Shown: piece by piece, positions 45,746 to 58,920 of the stretch
Numbering within the stretch: the first letter of the stretch is position 1
Layout: each line of letters begins with the position of its first letter
Source of the DNA: the human T2T-CHM13v2.0 reference genome, Homo sapiens
Reading direction: 5' to 3' (one strand)
Assembly (NCBI RefSeq): GCF_009914755.1
Contig: NC_060943.1
DNA: 64,000 nucleotides
Program-made: the position numbers and the translations under genes
Notes under the pieces: generated by a model
Told to the model about the DNA's origin: nothing
Seen by the model: the letters and a program-made list of their open reading frames with translations, nothing else
Database searches by the model: none

Positions 45746-46772
45746 GAGAGGAGGAGTTGGTACAGAGCTGAATTTTCCAACACACAACAGAAAAATAAAT
45801 GAAAAGTAAGGCAGTGGCTAATACAGGGTTGGGGTGGGGCCAGGGGAAATTGAGTGGCTGGCAGACGGGTAGCAGGAAAGGGGAATGACGGGGGCTGCAA
45901 TGTTACAGGGCAGGTTCTGAAGTTGTCTGACAGGCGGTGAGTGATAGAGACCTTTTTCTGGGTCTCCCAGTGAAAACTTTGGTAAACACGTGACTGCCAC
46001 TTTTTTAAAAGGAGCTTGCATTTGGGGGCTGCAAGGTTGCCGCAAGGTTAGACCCGAGGGTGCCCATGGGAGACCTGCCACAGCCAGGCTGCATGGGAAG
46101 AGGGCACTTGCTTCTTCCCACAGCTGCGCTGGTACACCGCAGCCCCTGACTCAGGTCCAGAGTCTGACACTGCCAGGTTCAAGGTTGGACTTTACCCCTG
46201 GCCCAGATCTCCCACGGGCTATTTATTCCTATCTCCTTTGAAATTCAGCAACGTATTATACCACCTTGAAGAAGATGGGGCAGAGCAGAGGGGAGGCTAG
46301 AGGGACAATCCCAAGCAGAGTCCTAAATCTACATCAGATTTTCCTTTTAACCAAAACCTACTTGGTATTCAGCAGAAATTTTGAGTCTAGTGTTTGACAT
46401 AATTTAATAGTATGCGTTAATGACTATAATTTTCCCCTGTAGTCGAGATACTAAGAAAATGAGAAGTGCTTTATCTACACCACACACAACAGTAACCAGG
46501 ACAGACTTGGAAATGACAGTGAAGAACAAAGTCTGTGAGGGCCAATGGCTTGTGGGGAACTTCAGAGACACGCAGCACTCCACGCAGAAAGCACATTCCA
46601 CTCCAGATATAAGAGGGTGGGAGGCTCACTGATATTTGTTATGTTCTTTTACACTGACCACATTGCCGGGTGGTGGGTAATACTGTTCCCATTGTGCTGA
46701 TACCAAAGCTGAGGCCAGAGGGGTTAAGAGATGGTCTATGTCCAGGAATAAAATTCAGATGTCGTAAGTTCA

Positions 46773-47075
46773 ATTTATTTTATTTTATTTTTTATAGACA
46801 GAGTCTTGCTCTGTTGCCTAGGCAAGAGTGCAGTGGTGCAATCACAGCTCACTGCAGCCTCAAACTCCTGGCCTCAAGCAATTCTCTTGCTAAGCCTCCT
46901 GAGTAGCTAGGACTACAGGCATGCGCCACCACACCTAGTTATTTTTTTCATTTGTTGCAGAAACAGGGTCTTGCTATGTTGACCAGGCTGATCTCAAACT
47001 TCTGACCTCAAGCAGTCCTTCCACCTCAGCCTCCTGAAACACTGGGATTACAGGCCAGAGCCACCATGCCAGGCT
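46773..47075 (-). mobile_element. AluJ
   Basis: (TTTTA)n tail; atcacagctcactgcagcctcaaactcctgg. Confidence 0.92.
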
Positions 47076-48724
47076 ATGAAGTTTTATTTTAAGTTTCGAG
47101 ATGTGGGGATTTCTTTTTTAAAGCAGCAAGTACTACCTGAACTAAAACGGGTGATTTTGCAACTTGCTACGGATTATGGAAATAGTTGGCATCTATATTG
47201 GTGAGGTACCCACCAAAACTCAAACAGAAGGAATGCCATTTTGGAGAACGAATCTCAACTTTAACCTTCTTTCATCCGTGGGTAAGCCCTGCTTTTAAAA
47301 AATATATAAATAATAATAATTTATTTAGGGTAAGAATACATATTACCTATCAGAAAACATTTCCTTCTGTATGTTAGCTTACCCAGGCAAATGAAAACCT
47401 TAGTAAAAACATTTACACCTACGTCTGTCTTCTAAACTACACCTGTGTGTGTGTGTTTGTGTGTGTGTGTTTGTGGGGCGGGGTCCAACTTTCTAATGTA
47501 CAAGACTCTGAGGCCTGGATTGTTTATTGTCGTAAATTGAGTTACTTCTTCTTTTGGAAAAAATGTAAATGTTGTGATTACAGTCTTCTTTAACTTTCAT
47601 GTGTTTGACTTGCATTAATTATATATTGGTAGAATTAAATGTTTCACAGTCTGAATTTGGACTTTTGCGCATCAGTTGACAAGTGTTAGTAGCTTTCTCA
47701 GGTGCAGCAATGCCCGCCTCCTAAAGGTCCAGCTCAGTAAGCCAGTGTTTGTGCCACTATTTATGTGTCTGTTATTTTATGCTTCAAAAAATAAATTACA
47801 ACAGAAAAATGAAGCTGCTGATACTAGTAACAAAGATGTTGGTCCCATCACTGTAATATAATTAAGGCCGAGATGGAATTGATCAATGAGCGGCATGCAT
47901 AAGTCTCCATCTCAATAGACTTTCAGATGGTTGCATTATAAAGGAAAAGAACTAGATTCAATGAAATGTGTTAAATATTGTGCCTGAAAGGCACAATGTG
48001 TTCAGATATTTTAAGCTAGTTTTCAGTCTCTGGCAACAGAGCACATCCACCCAGCTGCCACCACAGCTAAAAGTATAATACTATTTGTTTTGAAATGTCT
48101 TTTATGCATGCTTTCAAGAACACATTATATACAAAATAAGTGTTTCTAATGTGCTTCACTCTTCCTGTGGCCTCCCAGAGGCCAAAAGCCACATTCGTAG
48201 CCCAGTTTTCATGACTGTAGAGGCCCTGAGGCCCTGAATGTCATCTCTTCCCCACTGCTCACTCCTTTAACTGGTGTTATACCTCAACTCTACTGAACAT
48301 TTCCTTTGGGCCAAATGTTTTAGAACTCCACTGTCTTGGTTCAGTATAAATTTGTGATCTTGTCAAATCCTCTTGTGTAGTGAGGTGGGGAACAGGTGAA
48401 GGCGTGGGAAGATGCTGAGCATGTATCAGGTGCTGTGTGAGTGACCGTGAATGCTGGGAGGATGCTCCTGCCCATTCTGCCATAATGGCGGAGGTGGACA
48501 AGCAGACATGGGTGTGCAGTGAGACCACATCTACAGCACAGGTGTGCACAAGGTGCCTGGAGACCTGCGAGAAGGATGTGTAAACCAGCAGCTAGCCAAG
48601 TGTTCCTAGATAGCAAAACTCAAAGTATCCCTTCAGCATGGAATATCATCTATCTAAGAAGTAAAAATTTTCAGTTGAGTTTAGTGTCTGGTTCAGCTGA
48701 CAGAGCGAGCACATATTTATTTCC

Positions 48725-49105
48725 TGCAGTGGACTGAATGTGCCATTCCAAAATTCATATGTTGAAATCCCAAACCCCCACATGATGGCAGTAGGAGGAG
48801 GGGCCTTTGGAAGTTAATGAGATCATGAGGATGGATCCTTCATGAATGGATTAGTGCCATTATCAAAGGGACCCCAGAACACTCTCTTGCCTTCTTTCTA
48901 TTATGTGAGGATCCAATGGTAGCTCAGCAGTCTGCGCCCTGGAAGAGGCCCTCACCAGAACCTGAGTGTGCTGGCTCCCTGCTCTCAGGTTTCTCGCCTC
49001 CAGAGCTGAGAGAAATGCATATTTGTTGTGTAAGCCACAGTAATTTATTATTTATGATTACCATTATTTATTTATTTATTTTGAGTTCCCAAATGAGCTA
49101 AGACA
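48725..49105 (+). mobile_element. MLT1A0-like MaLR LTR
   Basis: tgcagtggactgaatg...ccaaaattcatatgttgaaatcc...ggaagaggccctcaccagaacc...gagctaagaCA. Confidence 0.85.
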
Positions 49106-49775
49106 TTTTCTCTTTCTCTAAACAACAGGAGTAAAGAGACAGAAAGGGAATGAATTTCCAAGAAGACCAGCGTAGAACGGAAAAATATCAGAGGAGGGAG
49201 AATTGTTAAGGATTTCCAGTATCTCAAGTGTGGATGCTGTCCTGAGCTGACCCAAGGCTCTGGAAAGGTAGGAGCTCTCTTTTGGGGGAAGAAGGGAAGA
49301 ATCCCATTCCTGAATGAGCAGGTGCAGACACTTGCAAGATAAGAGGCACACACAGAGATGTTTACCTGAAGAACTGCCTGGTGGATGGCTAAGAAAGTGG
49401 CCCTGCCTAACACACACGTACGGAGAGACGGAGTTTGCAGCAAGACAGTGAATTATCTGCTTCTCAGTGGTGGCAGGGCCCTGTGAGTAGAATCCTTACA
49501 TGTCCTCTTCCATGGGCTTGTGGGATAAGAGCAGAGCAGCCTGTAGGCCTGTCCATCCCCAGCCTTGAGGTAAATCCCACCAGTGAACAAGATCCACCCA
49601 TCCACCCAGAGCTCCCTATTAGCCTTGTGAGAGAATGGCCAGAAATAAAACAGAAACTCCTTTATTCACAAATCCCTAATTTATAAATACTTTGAAACAA
49701 TGAAGAATTGCCAGCTGCTGTGGTAAACAGAGCACAGAAGAGAGGTGAGTAAAGGTTCTAGTTAGCACTCGCTGA

Positions 49776-50159
<384 letters not shown>

Positions 50160-50949
50160 TCTGGGGTGGTTTTCACAAAGGAGGAAACCAAAGCACAAAG
50201 CCTAGGTGGCTCGCTCTAGGTCAACAACAAGCCAATGCCAGAGCTGGGATGAGAACCCAGGTTCTGTGTCTGTCATGAACATACACTGCGTGGCTCTGAA
50301 GAGAACAGAGAAAGTCAAAAGGAGATAATTTCTTATAGACTTTAAATAATTTTTCCAGAGAAATTCAAGAAAACATCACATCCATAGAAACAAAACAAAG
50401 CCAAGTTGCTATATAAAAGAAACAATATGTAAATGAGAACAAATCATTGGAAATGAAAAATACGACGGCCAAAATAAAAATGCAATTAAAAAGTTGTAGA
50501 AGTCATCAAATCTTTCAAAGTATAGAGCAAAACACAAAGGAATACAAAAGAAAAATAAAATTTGAGGAGCACTGGCAATAAATTTATTGAGAGGGCAGTC
50601 GCCATCTAATAAATGTTCTAGAAAAAGAGAAGTGGAAAAAAATTAGGGAGGCTACTGCAGAAAAAGAATACTGTTTCTTAGAACTGAGGTTCTGAGAGTA
50701 TCTGAGGTTTTAGATTTAAAATGTCCACTGATTTCTTGGTAGCATGAATACAAAATGACCTAGACATAAACTTATTCCCAGGAAATTTCAAAGCACCAAG
50801 TGTCAAGAGAAGCTTATTCACTTCCAGAAGTGAACCAGAAACTTCAGACTGGTACAGAAATATTTCACTGCCACTAGTAGGCATGAGAAGGCAGAGACAT
50901 GATGTTGTGAAGAAAAATTATTTTGAGCTTGGGTATTTCCAGGCTTCCC

Positions 50950-51316
50950 TGTTCTTGCCATCCTGCTTTGTGCCCCGGGAGACCAGCAGCTATGTGTTAC
51001 CTTGCCCTCTGGCTTTCAGTTGGGTTGTAAGGATGAGAGACAAAAGTAGAAGACTGAGAGGAGAAAGAGAATGAAGTCAAAGTATGTATCCCCTCCTTAT
51101 GTTCCTGCCAGAGAGTTGCAGATTGGCTGCCTCTCTCTACTCAAGACCACAGGTCAAACCAGGAAGCCCTCCCTGTTCATCTTCTCTCTCTTTGGGCTTG
51201 CAGTGGATCTGCCATGATCCCTTTGATTTTCCTAAATGTTACCCACATCTTGTAATACCCATATCTTTCCTTATCCAAATTTGCCCGATTACATAGTTAG
51301 GGGAACTATCTGAGAC
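50950..51316 (+). mobile_element. LTR33-like ERVL LTR
   Basis: tgctttgtgccccgggag...cttgccctctggctttcagttgggtt...gtcaaagtatgtatcccc. Confidence 0.55.
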
Positions 51317-51561
51317 AGATAAACTCTGATAAAGAGTGTGGAATTTCAAATCTAGAAATTCATACTCTCTAAACTATTAATAGAGTAAGAAATAGAGATA
51401 CATGTATATTACCTATGGTCATGAAAATAACTAAAACGATAACTAAATATAAAATTATAATGTCAAGAAAATGTATAAGGAAGACATGAGAGGGAACTAG
51501 AGTAGTGTAAAGAGATAAGTTATTTGTCTCCCAAATTCAAGTGAGGAAAGAAAAGAAGTTT

Positions 51562-52768
51562 TATAGGAGGAATGCAAGCCCTTTCAAATGATCAGGCCTA
51601 GAGAGACGTGAAAATGAGACAGCAATCACATCCTACTCCTGCCTTTAAGCTATGTATTCACCTATTGAAACAGCTTGCTATTGTCACAGATAGCTATGAA
51701 TTAAACTAATAATGCTTCACCAGACACTGTATTCCACACCCCACAGTGTAAAGAATGTATAGCTGATCAGAGATCAGTTTTATTTCTGTAAACCAATAAG
51801 AATTCCTCACAGAACCTTGCACCAACACTCTCTCTGTCTCCCGTTCTCTCTCTCCTTTTTTTCCTTTAAAAGCCTGCCTGTAACAAAGGCCAAATAAAGC
51901 TCATATCCAAGGTTACTTGGACCTGAACCTCCTGGGCAGCTGTCCTTATCTTAGAATGTGAGCTAAAGACTCACAAGGCTCACAACTTTGGAAAGGAGAT
52001 CTTTATTTCTCATGAAGGCCTGCAACCTGCAGGCTGGCCATCCCACGGGCTGGGAAGTGTAGCCTCCAGCCAAAGCCCAAAGCAAGCATGTTGAGGGAGG
52101 TGTGGAGGGAACAGGAATTTAGGCTCAACAGGCTGGCTAAACATAAGTATTTAACAAGCTATAGGAGACATCATGAATATCTGTGAAAGGAGAAACAAGC
52201 ACATGTGCAACTGAGCTTCATGCTTCTTCATGGGTCACATGTTTTAAAAAATGGTGATGTTGGCATGATCTAAGAGTGGATATCTGGGCCCTCAGATATC
52301 CAAAAGGTGACACAGAGAAGGACACAAAAACTCTCACTAAGCATCCTCCACAAATTGGCCAAAACTAGTCCAGAGATGGTCAGTTTTTAGGTGGGGAAGC
52401 ATCGTGAAACTGCTGAGCTGTTGGGTCAAATGTGTCTATGTCAAATGAATCCAGTTGTAGCCTCAGATGACTGGCTAAAGGTGATTAAAAAATGAGTTGT
52501 CTGTTTCTTGCTTTCTAGAGCTGGTTTCTGTTTACTCCTTAGGAAGGAATTCTGGTTAAAGGATAATGAGGAAGGGACTTACTGAGGCGTGTCTGACCTC
52601 CCATCCCATCATGGCCAGGAACCCAGTTTTTAAGGTTTATCTGGGATTCTCCTGGCCAACAGGGGAATCCGTTTAGTCCACTGAGGGACTTAGGATTTTT
52701 ATTTCTCAGTCTCAAGTAAACTGTTTAAATCTCATTTTGCATTTCATTCTCTTCTTTTTAGGTGGGCA
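51562..52768 (+). mobile_element. ERV1 (MER4-group) solo LTR split by a second LTR
   Basis: atcaggcctagagagac...aatgagacagcaatcac...ttatttctgtaaaccaat...gggcagctgtcctt [insert] ctcaagtaaact...tttaggt. Confidence 0.65.
51957..52711 (-). mobile_element. ERV1 LTR, MER50-like, antisense and nested
   Basis: gaggcgtgtctgacctcccatcccatcatggccaggaacccagtttttaaggttt...cttaggattttatt is the reverse complement of the MER50/MER4-group 5' end. Confidence 0.7.
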
Positions 52769-53289
52769 AAAGAGAAAAAGTAGGAGAATTCCTAGAATTT
52801 ATATTTAGAGTAAGTGAGCAGCAGTGTCAATGCTAAAAAATTATATGGTTATCCTAAAAAATTTCTTTCTGCAAAGCTGTGGCTGAGTTGGTAATAAATT
52901 ATTAACCACTGGAAATGACAAGATGTGTAAAACCACCCTCTATTTTTTAAATATTTGGCTATTCCACTCCTCCCATAAGCTTCCTTTGTCCCAAGATTAA
53001 TTATTCTAAAATGGTTGGGCCATTTCTCCAGAATACAGAATATGTTAGCTGTCATTATTGCAGACTTGTGAAATAGTAGCGTTTGAATCTCTTGTCTGAG
53101 CACGGCTGTGAGAGGTATTCAGAGGATTCTGTGGGCAGGTAATGTTTTGGTTTCATGAGCAGGAGCAAAAATCCAGAAGGCTTTAACACTTCAGTGCATC
53201 CCAAGGCACCCCTATTGAGTATTGTATAGAGGATCTCAAAAGATAACAGCCACCTGAGGAAGGAAAGCAGCTCATAGCAGACTGAGCTG

Positions 53290-53658
53290 TGTGAGGTCTG
53301 CGAAATTTATCAGGCCCAGAGAGGCATGAGCTTTGGACTTCAGTCCTTCCCCTGCATCCATTCCCAGGGGCAATTATTTTAAGACATTTTTGTTCCTGAG
53401 TAGCCGCCCAGCCCATTACCTTCATGTTCCTGTAATATATGAAGCAAAGAACAATGAATAGCCAATTAATAACATATTATTTCAATGTAAACTCTAGAAA
53501 CTATCTCTTTTTTTCCTTAAAAACTCACTTGTAACTGCTACAGTGAGAGTGTATATTCAGGACAACTTGAATCTATGTTCCCAGGTGGCCATCTTCAAGC
53601 TCAGATAAACTCTATACTTAATCATAATTTCTGAATCCCATTGTTTAAGGTTGGTACA
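53290..53658 (+). mobile_element. ERV1 (MER4-group, MER93-like) solo LTR
   Basis: tgtgaggtctgcgaaatttatcaggcccagagaggcatgag...gagtgtatattcagg...ataaactctatactt...ttaaggttg. Confidence 0.6.
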
Positions 53659-53885
53659 CCACAATGGCCTAGCATCCTTCTGTTCCATGAGAGCAATAGA
53701 CACCATTCAAAGGGCTATTCCTCTCCACTCTCTAGACTCTCTTTGTACCAGCAAGTTAACTGTTGAGCAATTCTTTGGTAATTAAACAATCATTACAGCA
53801 TTATTAGCTCCACACTCTGGATGACATCTTTAAGCCTCTCTCATGTGTTAAGCATGTCTAATGTGTTTTTCCACTTTTGGATAAC

Positions 53886-54415
53886 TTAAGAGACCAAAAT
53901 ATACCACCTCAAAATATGCCTCTTTGGCATAAGCATTATTTTGAGCCAACTATTTTTGAGAAACAGCAGACACCGGAGAAACAGAGTAGAAGTTACTCTT
54001 TTGCAAGGAAGACTTACTTCTATAATGAAAATCTCCTTTTGTAACGATACCTTCCTTTCAGTACCAGGAAGGAAAGGATGGCTAAATCACAAAAGACTCA
54101 TCTATGGAGAAAGCACCAATTTAAATCTGCATAACAAACCTCACCCTTTTCTATCATGCTTTCCCTGGTCACCTCCCCAGGACTGGCTTCCCCCCCAGTC
54201 TTCTTTCTTTGTTTTAGATGAAGATGGTATTTAAGCCTAAATTCTAAGCCATTTCTTTTATATTTCCCCTTTTTTCCTGAGTATCTCCCATGCACACCTA
54301 AAGAATACATGTCAATAAACTTCTGTTTGTTTTGTCCTTTTTTTGTTTGTTTGTTTTACAGGGGATCCTAGCTAAATAGAAGAGTAGAGGAAAAACGACT
54401 GTTTCAACCCTTACC
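53886..54415 (+). mobile_element. MER34-family ERV1 LTR
   Basis: caaaatatgcctctttggcataagcattattttgagc...acagagtagaagttac...aaatctgcataacaaacc...aataaacttctgtttg. Confidence 0.8.
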
Positions 54416-54849
54416 GTAATCAACTTTATTGTGATAAAGATTCACATATTTTGCAATATGTCTTATCTTTATGGAAATTAAAAAATCCAATCACAGAATC
54501 AAAACTTCAGAAATATAGCCAAATATAAGTGGAAATTTAGTATACAATAAATGCAACATCTCAAATTAGTGGAGAAAAATAGAATTATTAAAAAGCAGTA
54601 TTGGAAAAACCATATACCTATATGGAACAAGATAAAATTAGATCTATTCATTACATTCAATACCAAAAAATTCTAAATATATCAGATATTTAAATGTAAA
54701 AAAAAGCAACAAAATAATTTTTAAAACTTCGATGAACTTTTCTATTATCTAGGAATAAAGAAATGTTTTCCTAACATAAAATTTTAAAACGTAAGAGAAA
54801 TGTTTAGTAAATTTAAATAAATAAAATATTTAAGATCTTAGTATGATCG

Positions 54850-55482
54850 TGTCAGAGGCATTTGAACCAGTGTGACTCCATCTTGAGTAGGGGCTGGGTA
54901 AAATAAGGCTGAGACCTACTGGGCTGCATTCCCAGGAGGCTAGGCATTCTTAGTCACAGGATGAGATAGGAGGTCAGCACAAGATATAGGTCACAAAGAC
55001 CTTGCTGATAAAACACGTTGCAGTAAAGAAGCCAGCCAAATTCTACCAAAACCAAGATGGCAATGAAAGTGAGCTCTGGTCATCCTCACTGCTCATTATA
55101 CACTAATTATAATGCATTAGCAGTCTAAGGGACACTCCCACCAGTGCCATGACAGTTTACAAATGCCATGGCAGTATCAGGAAGCTACCCTATATTGTCT
55201 AAAATGGGAAGGAACCCTCAGTTCCAGGAATTGCCCACCCCTTTTCTGGAAAACTCATGAATAATCCACCCCTTTTTAGCATATAATCAAAAAATAACTA
55301 TAAGTATCCTTAGTCCAGCAGCCCAAGCTGCTGCTCTGCCTATGGAGTAGCCATTCTTTATTCCTTTACTTCCTTAATAAACTTGCTTTCACTTTACTCT
55401 GTGGATTCACCTTGAATTCTTTATTGCTTGAGATCCAAGAACCCTCTTTTGGGGTCTGGATCAGGACCCGTTTCTAGTAGCA
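54850..55482 (+). mobile_element. MER41B solo LTR
   Basis: tgtcagaggcatttgaaccag...gactccatcttgagtaggggctgggtaaaat; retains ccctcagttccaggaattgcccacccc block; aataaa at 55376; ends gggtctggatcaggaccc...CA; TSD atcg/atag. Confidence 0.9.
55222..55230. promoter_or_regulatory. GAS (STAT) motif TTCCAGGAA within MER41B
   Basis: Matches TTCNNNGAA at the known MER41B GAS position; function not shown. Confidence 0.5.
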
Positions 55483-55489
55483 ATAGAAA

Positions 55490-56220
55490 AAATAAGCAAA
55501 TAGTCAAATGGCAAAACAGGATAAAATATTTGCAATGTATATTTCAGGCAATAAGTGAATATACCTACTACATAAAGGACTTTTTAAAATGTTGGGGTGG
55601 GGAACTAATTACTTTATAATAGACTAGAATTATGAACACACATTCCACAGAAACATAAACACAAATATCTCCTTAAAATATTTTGAAAGGTTAAACTTAA
55701 CTCGTAACTTGGAAATGCATATTAAAAGTGTACTGAGTTTTGTGTCATCAGACAAAAAAAAATCTAAAAGTTTGATGACATATTTGGTTGGTGATTCTAT
55801 GAGAAATGGGCCCTCTGATAAATTGGCAGTGTAAGTGCAACGTGGCACAACCCAGGAAAGGAAAATTTGGCAATATATAGTAAAACCATGTATATAGTTA
55901 TCCTTTGACCCAGCCATCCCACTTCTAAAGACCTTGCCCAAAGATGTACTGGGAAAGAAAAAACAAACAAACATGAAAAGCCATGTTAAAAGGCTATTCA
56001 CTGCAGCACTATTAGAAATAGCAAAAACCCAGATGCTCACCAGTAGGGAGTCGGTTGTACAGAGTACAGTGCACAACACAACTGAGTACCATGCAGCTGT
56101 GAAAAGGAATGAGGGATCTCTTCATACACTATATGCAGTGACCTCCAGAATATTGTCAAGAGAGTCTTAAAAAGGAGAGTCATGTGCTAGTATGCTGTCA
56201 TGTACTAAAACAGAAAAATA
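55490..56220 (+). mobile_element. Old L1M 3' fragment (continuous with 54480-54840)
   Basis: aaaatatttgcaat..., gaaatgcatattaaaa, aatttggcaata, cctttgacccagccatcccacttcta, tattcactgcagcact. Confidence 0.7.
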
Positions 56221-56372
56221 CGAAAACTAAAAAGGGGTGATATCTATATATTCATCACCCCCTTTAATATATAGATATAGACATAGATCAATGTATGTAT
56301 ATATATATACACACACATAGATAATGCATGTGTGATTTCCTTATATTAAAAAAGGAAAGATAAAAATGGTTA

Positions 56373-57600
56373 CTGTATCTGCCAACTATATCTACAATAA
56401 TGCTACGTGACAAACTACCCTAAACTCACTAGCTTAAAAGAATAGCCATTTACTCCCAAGTTCCCAGGCTGTGGGTCACACTGGGTTTGTCTTCTTTCTT
56501 TGAGATGTGAGTCTAGGGTCCGCAGGAGAAGCTTTGCTTTAGGCTGTGGGTCTTCAAGGCAGCAGGTGGAGCTCTGCTTAGGTGTCTCACTTGGGGACCC
56601 AGCTGAAAGACAGGGCTACCAGAAATGAAACTGCCTTTGCAAAGATGATGACAGTGAGAAAAGTCTAGCATGGCTGACTCCATCTTGCTTCCAGCCTCAC
56701 AGGTTGGCTGTCTTTGCTCATTCCTGCAGAGGCCAAGCTAACCACAGGAGGAATTTAGTTTATAGTTTAACTTTGAAGGAAGGATAATAACAGTCTCTCC
56801 CTAAAACTGATTCCCCCTTGTTTAGGGGCTGAAACCACCTTTGTAAGACTAACAAAAGGCCACAAGATTATGGGAGAAGCCTGAATTCTGCTAGGATATA
56901 GTTGTAGTTTCTATAATTCCTTATTGCTCAGGAGTCATGTGGCCAGAGGTCACTAGATTTGTAACTTCCCCAGTTGCTCCAACAATACCACTATTATAGA
57001 ACCTAAGATTGGTCTCTTGATATATTTTTTAGACTTTTGCATTCTGGCAACAGACTGACCCCACCTGGACTTGTGACTCATAACTCAACCGGTCCTATGG
57101 CCCCTACCCAGAGGCAGACACAGCACATGAGGACTGTTTTCCACACACCTATGATTTCATCACCAACCAGTCAGGGGCACCCATTCCCTAGCTCCTGCCC
57201 AATAAACTATCTTTGAGAAACCCTAACCTCTGAGCCTTCAGAAAGACTGATTTAAGTAGTAACTTCAGTTCTCCCATGTGGTCAACCTCGTGTTAATTAT
57301 ACTCTTTACTGCAACTTCATAGTCTCATTGGACTAGTTTTGTCTGTGCAGTAGACAGGAAGAACTCATCGGGCAATTACAGAAACACAGTCTTCCTCATG
57401 GCAGAAGCAGCTCCTGGAAGGGTTAATAGAAGCATGACACACTAAGGGTTGGGTTTAGAACACACACAGTCACTTCTGCCTGCATTCCACTGGCAAAATC
57501 AAGTCATCGGGCCTGGCTCAACATTAGCAGGGTAGGGAGTACAGTTCTTTCATGAAGGTAGGGTAGGGGAAAGGGGTGAATATTTGTATAATGATAATAT
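56373..57600 (-). mobile_element. Old MLT1 LTR interrupted by LTR8
   Basis: ataatgctacgtgacaaactaccctaaactcactagcttaaaa... and cagtcacttctgcctgcattccactggcaaaatcaagtca on either side of the LTR8. Confidence 0.65.
56626..57380 (+). mobile_element. LTR8 (8A/8B-like) solo LTR
   Basis: tgaaactgcctttgcaaag...ggctgactccatcttgcttc...aatttagtttatagtttaac; ends gggcaattaCA; 4-bp TSD gaaa both sides. Confidence 0.88.
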
Positions 57601-57685
57601 AATGTAATATAAATAGGTATAAGGAAGGTAGAAGATTGAAAGCAAAATCAATGTTCTTAATTGTAAATTCAATGATTGACATAAT

Positions 57686-57889
57686 CCAGGGGTGGTAAAC
57701 TGTGACCTGCAGGCTAATTCCATCCCAGGTCTCTTTTTGTACTGCACATGAGCTAAGAAGAGGTTTTACATTTTTTAAAGGCTTTGTGGAAAAGGAGGAA
57801 GAGGAGAAGAAACAGAGACTATCTGTGGTTCACAAGGCCTAAAATATTAACTGTCTGACTCTTTACAAGAAACTATTTGATGACTCCTG
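57686..57889 (+). mobile_element. MER58-family hAT-Charlie MITE
   Basis: caggggtggtaaact...tgagctaagaa...ttttacatttt...gcctaaaatatt...gactcctg. Confidence 0.75.
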
Positions 57890-58920
57890 GCATAACCATG
57901 CACAGAGGAAATATTCTAAATGCTTTTGAACACAATAATTTGATTGCATATTCCCAGTGGAATCTACTTTCTGATAAAAAGAACTTTAAAAAAGAATATT
58001 AAACTGTTTTCCATCATATTTTTGGTATTAGCAATGGTATTGTTATGAGATTATCATATATGTAATATAGAATTAAGCAAATGATTAACCATGTGGTTTT
58101 TTTGGAAATTTGCATTTTTAACATTGGGGAAAATACAGATATAAGATCAATAAGGTAAAGTAAAACCATGTAGTCTTGAATTTGAGTTAAGAGTAGCAGT
58201 GTGACCTCATTTTATATTTTATCTTAACATTTTTTTTTCCTGGATCCTTGAAAACAATGACAAAGCAAGTATCCTAAACCAATAGAAAGGTAGCCCATGT
58301 TCCTGGTTTGGAAGACTCAATTATGGTTAACATGCCGTTTCTCCCCAAATTTATCCAAAATTCAATCAGTCCAATTCTAGCATCAGGAATTTGCAGAAAT
58401 TGACAAGCAGATTCTAAAATTGATATGAAAATGCCAAGTACCTGAAATATTCATAATAATTTTTTTTAAAAAAGAAACATTTAGAGGATTGACATCTGAT
58501 TTGAAGACATATATAATATGTATTGATATAAAGCTGCACTAATCGAGAAAGATAATATTTGTGTAAAAGATAAAACAAATAAATCTATGGAACAGAATAA
58601 ACTATCCAGAAATAGATCCACATATGAATGATCCAATGATATTCAACAAGGATGCTAAGGTAATTCAATGGAGAAAAGACAGTCTTAACAGCAATTGCTG
58701 CCAGAAGAACTACATATCCATATAGAAAAAAATATTAATCTTTCCTTTACACCATATAAAAGATAACTCAATGCATCATAGACATTAACTTAAAAACTAA
58801 AACTATAAACTTCTGAAAGAAAACCTAGGGAAAAAATCTTTGCAACCTTGGAGTCGGAAAGTTTTTTTTGATAGGAAACAAAATGTATACGTTTCAAAAA
58901 TCTGCTTTTTGAAAGACACC

